This document shows, one piece after another, positions 59,464 through 64,000 of a stretch of 64,000 nucleotides of DNA. The stretch's first letter is position 1. The number at the start of each line of letters is the position of its first letter. The position numbers and the translations under genes are program-made. The notes under the pieces were generated by a model. That model searched no databases and was not told the DNA's origin. It saw nothing but the letters and a program-made list of their open reading frames with translations. Source of the stretch: Candidatus Borrarchaeum weybense (GTDB lineage Archaea > Asgardarchaeota > Sifarchaeia > Borrarchaeales > Borrarchaeaceae); NCBI GenBank assembly GCA_019057385.1, contig JAHQJS010000004.1, positions 544,001 through 608,000 of the forward strand, given 5' to 3'.

Positions 59464-61398
59464 ATGGATAAATATCGTGATCTCTCAACTCTTAAGGACC
59501 TTGACGACTATTTTTTTAAAAAATTACAATTTGATTCTATGCAAAAAGGAGTATTAAATGCACTACCTTACATGGTAAGAATTATTGATAAAAGCTTAAA
59601 TATTGTCTGGGCAAACAAAATATCGATAGAAAGGTGTGGTAACACTATCGGAAAAAAATGGAATGCCGTTTATGAAAATTGCGATGAGGATTATCCAGAT
59701 TGTGTGATAAGACAAATCTTCGCTAAGGGAGAAAAATTTGAGACAGAAAACTCGATTATTTTCACAAATCATACGAGGAGAGATTTTTTAATAAGCCATT
59801 CTCCTCTCAAAGACTTGAATGGAAAAGTCATCGCTGTTATAGAATCCTTAAAAGACATTACAAAGCGAAAACAAGTTGAGAAAGAAATAATGGAATCACA
59901 AAGAAAATACTCAACCATTGTAGAACGAGGAAACGATGGAATTGTTCTTATTCAAGATGGCTTACTAAAATTTGCAAATTTGAAGTTTATTGAAATTACG
60001 GGGTTTTCTTTGCATAGCTTATTCGGAAAGCCGTTTATGGATTTTTTTTCTACTGAATATAAAGAATTATTCGTAGAAATCAATTTAGAGACTTCAGATC
60101 AAAACGAGAATGAAAATATATTCGAAGCAGAAATCATTCCCGAAGATGGAAGTAAGATATCCGTTGAAATAAATTCAAAGAAGTTTAAATACGAAGGGAG
60201 AACCGCGTATGTTTCCATAATCCGTGATATCACTAAGCGCAAACTCGCTGAAGAAAAATTAAAAGATTATACAGAAAATCTCGAAAATAAGATTAAAGAA
60301 CGAACAAAGGCCTTAAGAGAATCTGAAAAAAAATACTCGACTATAGTTGAAAGAGGTAACGATGGAATAGTCATTATTCAGGATGATGTATTAAAATTTG
60401 CAAATTCAAAAATAGTTGAATTCACTGGCTTTTCATTAAAGGAAGCAATTGGACAGCCATTCATTAATTTTATTTCCCCAGAATATAGAGAACTAATATT
60501 AGATAGATATAAAAAAAAGTTGTCTGGAGAGAATGTTCAAAACAAGTATGAAGTAAAGATTCTTTCCAAAGATGGAAGAGAGATACCTGTTGAAATAAAT
60601 GCCAGTATAATTGAATACAAAGGATATCCTGCAGATATGGCTTTAATTCGTGACATTACGGAAAGAAAGCTGACCGATGAAAAACTAAATCAAACGTTAG
60701 TAAATCTGGAACGTTCTAATACTGAACTTGAGCAATTTGCATATATAGCCTGTCATGATCTGCAAGAGCCGTTACGTATGGTTGCGAGTTTTTTACAGCT
60801 GCTGGAGCGACGATATTGGGATAAGATAGATGAAGCTGCTACTGAATTTATTTCATATGCCGTAGACGGGGCAACTCGTATGCAGCAAATGATCAATGAT
60901 TTGTTAGCATTTTCACGCGTGGGGACACGTGGAAAACCATTTGAGAACGTAAACAGTAAGAATGTTTTAGATTTGGCAATTGCAAATCTTGCATTATTAA
61001 TTGAAGAAAATGATGCGATAATAACTCAAAGTTCTCTGCCGATCGTATACGCAGATCCCTTACAATTAACCCAGGTATTTCAGAATCTAATAGTAAATGG
61101 AATCAAATTCCGAAGAGCTGATCCACCGAGGATTCATGTTTCATCAGAAAGAAAAGGCGAGTGGGTTTTTTCTGTAAAAGATAATGGCATAGGTATAGAC
61201 TCAAAGCATTTTAATCGCATTTTCTCGATCTTTCAACGTTTAAATACAAAGGGAAAATATCCAGGTTCAGGTATTGGTCTATCAATATGTAAGAAGATTG
61301 TAGAACGTCATGGGGGAAGAATACGGGTCGAATCAAAGCTTGGAAGGGGCTCAACATTTTTTTTTACGATCCCGATGATAGAAGGTGAAATCTTATGA
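59464..61398 (+). CDS. Multi-PAS (3) histidine kinase
   Basis: PAS repeats, CHDLQEPL H-box, HATPase boxes. Confidence 0.95.
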   Translation: MDKYRDLSTLKDLDDYFFKKLQFDSMQKGVLNALPYMVRIIDKSLNIVWANKISIERCGNTIGKKWNAVYENCDEDYPDCVIRQIFAKGEKFETENSIIFTNHTRRDFLISHSPLKDLNGKVIAVIESLKDITKRKQVEKEIMESQRKYSTIVERGNDGIVLIQDGLLKFANLKFIEITGFSLHSLFGKPFMDFFSTEYKELFVEINLETSDQNENENIFEAEIIPEDGSKISVEINSKKFKYEGRTAYVSIIRDITKRKLAEEKLKDYTENLENKIKERTKALRESEKKYSTIVERGNDGIVIIQDDVLKFANSKIVEFTGFSLKEAIGQPFINFISPEYRELILDRYKKKLSGENVQNKYEVKILSKDGREIPVEINASIIEYKGYPADMALIRDITERKLTDEKLNQTLVNLERSNTELEQFAYIACHDLQEPLRMVASFLQLLERRYWDKIDEAATEFISYAVDGATRMQQMINDLLAFSRVGTRGKPFENVNSKNVLDLAIANLALLIEENDAIITQSSLPIVYADPLQLTQVFQNLIVNGIKFRRADPPRIHVSSERKGEWVFSVKDNGIGIDSKHFNRIFSIFQRLNTKGKYPGSGIGLSICKKIVERHGGRIRVESKLGRGSTFFFTIPMIEGEIL

Positions 61399-61850
61399 AT
61401 CAGCACAAGAGTAGAAATTCCATTGATATCCTGCTTGTCGAGGATAATCCTGGCGATGTGCGTCTGACCATAGAAAGCCTTAAAGAAGCAAAACTACTAA
61501 ATAAACTTCACATTAGTTCTGATGGCGAGGAAGCTATGGCATTCCTACGCCGTGAAAGAGAATTCAAAGATGCACCACGTCCAGATCTTATCCTACTTGA
61601 CCTTAATCTGCCTAGGAAGGATGGACGTGAGGTTTTGGCGGAAATCAAAGAAGATTCAGATTTAAAACAAATACCCGTCGTTATCCTTACCACTTCAAAC
61701 TCATGTGAGGACATTCAAGAAACATACAATAGCTATGCAAACTGCTATATTAAGAAGCCAGTTGTACTTGATGAGTTTATCAAAGTAGTGATGTCCATTG
61801 AAAACTTCTGGCTATGTATTGTACAACTCCCACCAAAAGTCTTTAGGTGA
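61395..61850 (+). CDS. Response regulator (Rcp1-like)
   Basis: LLVEDNPGD, PDLILLD, LTTS, KP motifs. Confidence 0.95.
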   Translation: MNQHKSRNSIDILLVEDNPGDVRLTIESLKEAKLLNKLHISSDGEEAMAFLRREREFKDAPRPDLILLDLNLPRKDGREVLAEIKEDSDLKQIPVVILTTSNSCEDIQETYNSYANCYIKKPVVLDEFIKVVMSIENFWLCIVQLPPKVFR

Positions 61851-61855
61851 TTTAA

Positions 61856-62293
61856 TTGGCACGTAATCTATTTAAGGTCTTATTGATCGAAGATAATCCT
61901 GGAGATGTGCGATTAATACAAGAAGAACTCACAGATATAGAGGCAATTACTCTTCATAACATAAATTTCGAATTAACAAAAGCTAATCAACTCTCAAAAG
62001 GTTTGAAATGTCTTCATGATCAAAAGATTGACCTAATCTTATTGGATCTAATGTTACCGGACAGTCTAGGGATTGATACTTTCATGGAAGTGCATTTGTA
62101 TGCTCAAAAAGTTCCGATCATTGTCTTAACGGGAATTAACGATGAAAAATTGGCAATTAAAGCAGTTAATGAGGGTGCGCAAGACTATATCGTCAAAGGA
62201 AAAATGGATACGCAATTATTGATGCAATCTATAATTCGTGCGATCGGGAAACATCGAGTGTCATCGAAATTGAAAAAATCATCATATTATTGA
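61856..62293 (+). CDS. Single-domain response regulator
   Basis: LLIEDNPGD, ILLD, VLTG, GAQDYIVK motifs. Confidence 0.92.
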   Translation: MARNLFKVLLIEDNPGDVRLIQEELTDIEAITLHNINFELTKANQLSKGLKCLHDQKIDLILLDLMLPDSLGIDTFMEVHLYAQKVPIIVLTGINDEKLAIKAVNEGAQDYIVKGKMDTQLLMQSIIRAIGKHRVSSKLKKSSYY

Positions 62294-62677
62294 CGATAGA
62301 AATTACAGATTACTTTGGAGCAGTCTTCGATAATAATTTTTTAGTGTTTATGGTATATTATAACTTCTGTTGTATTTTGAGAAATTCGCAAAAATTGATA
62401 TTATTGATGATATCTTATACTTTAAAATCTTATCAACTTGCGGAATATTATGTGAGAATCTTTATATTATTTTAATAATTAGTATATTAATTAAGGAATT
62501 CTTATTAAAGAATATTTATTATTGAGAATGTCGTAAAAATTATAAAACTGATTCCAATTTCTAAAAGAAGCATGTCTAATGAGTCCCTCACAAGTCAGAT
62601 ATTATATGCTATATCCAAGCGACGGATGAAAAATGCTCTCTCGACGAGATCAATTACAAAACAATGGAGCCTATGAC

Positions 62678-64000
62678 ATGATAGACCAAAACCAAGATAT
62701 CTCAAAACTTGAGATCGTTGAAGACAAACTTACGAAAGTCTTTCGATCGAAGGTTATGTATGAACACATATTAAACGGAGTAACTCATTTGATCATTATA
62801 ATTGATGACACTCTTAATCTTATCTGGGCAAACAAAGCAGCAGTGGAAAAGTGTGGCGATATTATCGGAAAAAAGAGCTACAAAGTATATAATAGTCTCG
62901 ATTCAGAGTGTCCCGATGGTATTGTGAGACAAGTACTTGAAGATGAAGAAGTATTTGAATTAGAGCGTTCAATTACATTTCCGAACGGTACACAGGGAGA
63001 TTTTATTATCACTAGTTCTCCCCTCAAAGATTTAACTGGAAATGCTGTCGCGGTTCTACAAATATTCACAGATATTAGTGAACGTAAACAGGCTGAAGAG
63101 AATTTAAAAAAGAGTGAATTGCATTTTCGTACACTCATCGATAATATCTCAGAAATTATTACTGTATTGGACTCTAAGGGAGAAATCAGTTATCAAAGTT
63201 CGTCGATTGAACTAGTTCTTGGTTACTCAATTGAAAAAATCCTCGAAAAATCTTTTTTTGACTTTGTACATCCCGATGATCTTCCATTGATACTTAAGGT
63301 TTTCCAAGATATTATCAAAAAGCCAGGAGCATCTCGTACTCTTAAATATCGTTTTCATCATAAGAATGGCTCGTGGCGTGTTCTTGAAAGTACTGGGAGA
63401 ACGTTTATTGACGATTCAGGTTCAATAAGTGTCATTTTAACTTCTCGCGATATAACTGAGAGAATGCACGCTGAAAAAGCTCTGATAAAGGCTCAAGAAG
63501 AATCGGCTGTTGCCAAGACGGCCAAACAAACAATTGGTTGTATGATGGATCCTGTTATCATTACTGATCTTCATGGAAAGATAACTCAATTTAATAATGC
63601 TTTTACAAATTTGTTAGGTTATGAATCAGAGATGATAGGTGAGTCTCCTACAAAAATTATTGTTGAAAAGGATGCTTTAAAGATTCAAGAGGCAATAAAA
63701 GAATGTCTTAAGACGGGATTTTTAAACAATTTCGAATGCACAACATTAAGTAAGTATGGAAAAAAAATCCCGGTTTTATTCAATATTACAGTGTTGAAGA
63801 ACTCGACGAATAAATCCATAGGTTTGATTTTTGATGCAAGAGATATTACTGAACAGAAAAAAGCAGAACAAAAATTGCAACTAACTTTAAACGATCTAGC
63901 TCGTTCTAATGCAGAACTGGAACAATTCGCCTATATTGCATCTCACGATCTGCAGGAACCACTACGCATGGTGGCAAGCTTTTTACAATTACTGGAGCGT
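62678..64000 (+). CDS. PAS histidine kinase (3'-partial; absent from the ORF track)
   Basis: ATG ATA GAC CAA... frame with PAS repeats reaches [21 protein letters not shown] at the window edge. Confidence 0.88.
   Translation, partial: MIDQNQDISKLEIVEDKLTKVFRSKVMYEHILNGVTHLIIIIDDTLNLIWANKAAVEKCGDIIGKKSYKVYNSLDSECPDGIVRQVLEDEEVFELERSITFPNGTQGDFIITSSPLKDLTGNAVAVLQIFTDISERKQAEENLKKSELHFRTLIDNISEIITVLDSKGEISYQSSSIELVLGYSIEKILEKSFFDFVHPDDLPLILKVFQDIIKKPGASRTLKYRFHHKNGSWRVLESTGRTFIDDSGSISVILTSRDITERMHAEKALIKAQEESAVAKTAKQTIGCMMDPVIITDLHGKITQFNNAFTNLLGYESEMIGESPTKIIVEKDALKIQEAIKECLKTGFLNNFECTTLSKYGKKIPVLFNITVLKNSTNKSIGLIFDARDITEQKKAEQKLQLTLNDLARSNAELEQFAYIASHDLQEPLRMVASFLQLLER

Overview
Low-GC archaeal chromosomal window, most likely from an Asgard archaeon. 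This is an inference from the histone, ubiquitin E2, Bro1-like, SDS22-type LRR and GIFT-domain proteins and a eukaryote-type SECIS. Most of it is metabolic and signalling genes: LarA, GT-C glycosyltransferases, KorAB, HdrCBA-MvhD, a GH35 glycosidase, a 4-hydroxybutyryl-CoA/beta-oxidation module, PorDABC, and many PAS histidine kinases and response regulators. Five items stand out and are not captured by the ORF track. (1) A cysteine-free selenocysteine peroxiredoxin (in-frame UGA at the peroxidatic position) has a eukaryote-style AUGA-N12-AA-N18-GA SECIS in its 3' UTR, Fur-box-like operators and a divergent PerR-like regulator; this cassette sits between thiolase and its DUF35 partner, next to an IS200/IS605 end remnant. 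(2) A 444-bp protein-free element with IS200/IS605-type ends encloses a ~360-nt highly structured RNA, whose predicted guide matches a TTTAA-adjacent target at the end of the neighbouring larA gene. (3) There are unusual fusions: DUF35-3-hydroxyacyl-CoA dehydrogenase, RAM-GltD and DUF72-SWIM. (4) There is a Bro1/ALIX-like protein. (5) Two further intergenic regions look like structured ncRNAs. All family calls come from motif recognition by eye; no database searches were run.
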